Shown here piece by piece: positions 63,727-64,000 of a DNA stretch of 64,000 nucleotides. Each line of letters begins with the position of its first letter. The stretch's first letter is position 1. The translations under genes were made by a program, and so were the position numbers. The notes beneath the pieces were generated by a model. The model had not been told where the DNA came from. It made no database searches and worked only from the letters and a program-made list of their open reading frames with translations. The stretch spans positions 25,606,001-25,670,000 of the forward strand of contig NC_043016.1 in assembly GCF_006345805.1 (NCBI RefSeq), in the 5' to 3' direction. The stretch is from Octopus sinensis. Its lineage: Eukaryota.

Positions 63727-64000
63727 TGTTATAATTTCAACTAACTCAAAATGGTATTTCAACCTTTTGTTTAGCTTCACCTTGTGACAGTACCATTTTG
63801 TTGTTGCTTACCAACATTCCATTCAGACTATCAGACTATTTAACCAAAGAGTTTCGGTTGTCTGTATTACTCTTCTTTTCATTCAGCAGACAAGAATTTT
63901 TACTTGTATGTTTTATTAGATTTTATTCCTCCTCCCTCTCCATTTTGAACTAAACTACATCAGCAAAGATAACCACCACAATCAGGTATGATGGAGTGGT

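Overview
Eukaryotic, very AT-rich, microsatellite-dense DNA. The repeat families look like those of a coleoid cephalopod, most likely Octopus; this is recognised from memory, not from a database search. There is one 100-N scaffold gap (3900-3999). The window is almost entirely non-coding and built from transposon debris. Family labels are my own. SINE-A is the tRNA-headed GGAGTGGCTGTGTGGTAAG family and SINE-B is the GGCAGAATCGTTAGC...GTCGACTTTGCCTTTCATCC family; SINE-C to SINE-F are minor families. There are many RTE-clade LINE fragments with their GATGAT-tailed 3' ends, one CR1-like and one Tx1-like LINE fragment, and a decayed DD37D (maT) Tc1/mariner element. Also present are two TTAA-flanked piggyBac-type MITE families (MITE1, MITE2), a hAT MITE, long-TIR elements and Penelope-like LTR relics. 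Most ORF-track entries are microsatellite or repeat artefacts. No intact protein-coding gene, true tRNA/rRNA gene or CRISPR array can be supported. I cannot claim a new biological system. The best leads are: (1) minimal hammerhead-ribozyme folds in several unrelated Penelope-like LTR relics; (2) a CpG-retaining domain at about 5.6-10.7 kb containing a candidate signal-peptide first exon (7409-7477, +); (3) a pre-miRNA-like hairpin at 43148-43219; (4) repeated insertion and amplification at one internal TTAA of MITE1; (5) a CCAAT cluster followed by a chain of minus-strand exon candidates at 52.7-56.7 kb; (6) a duplicated exon-like cassette at 34.0 and 36.3 kb. Repeat boundaries are approximate, to about 20 bp, unless TSDs or TIRs are quoted.
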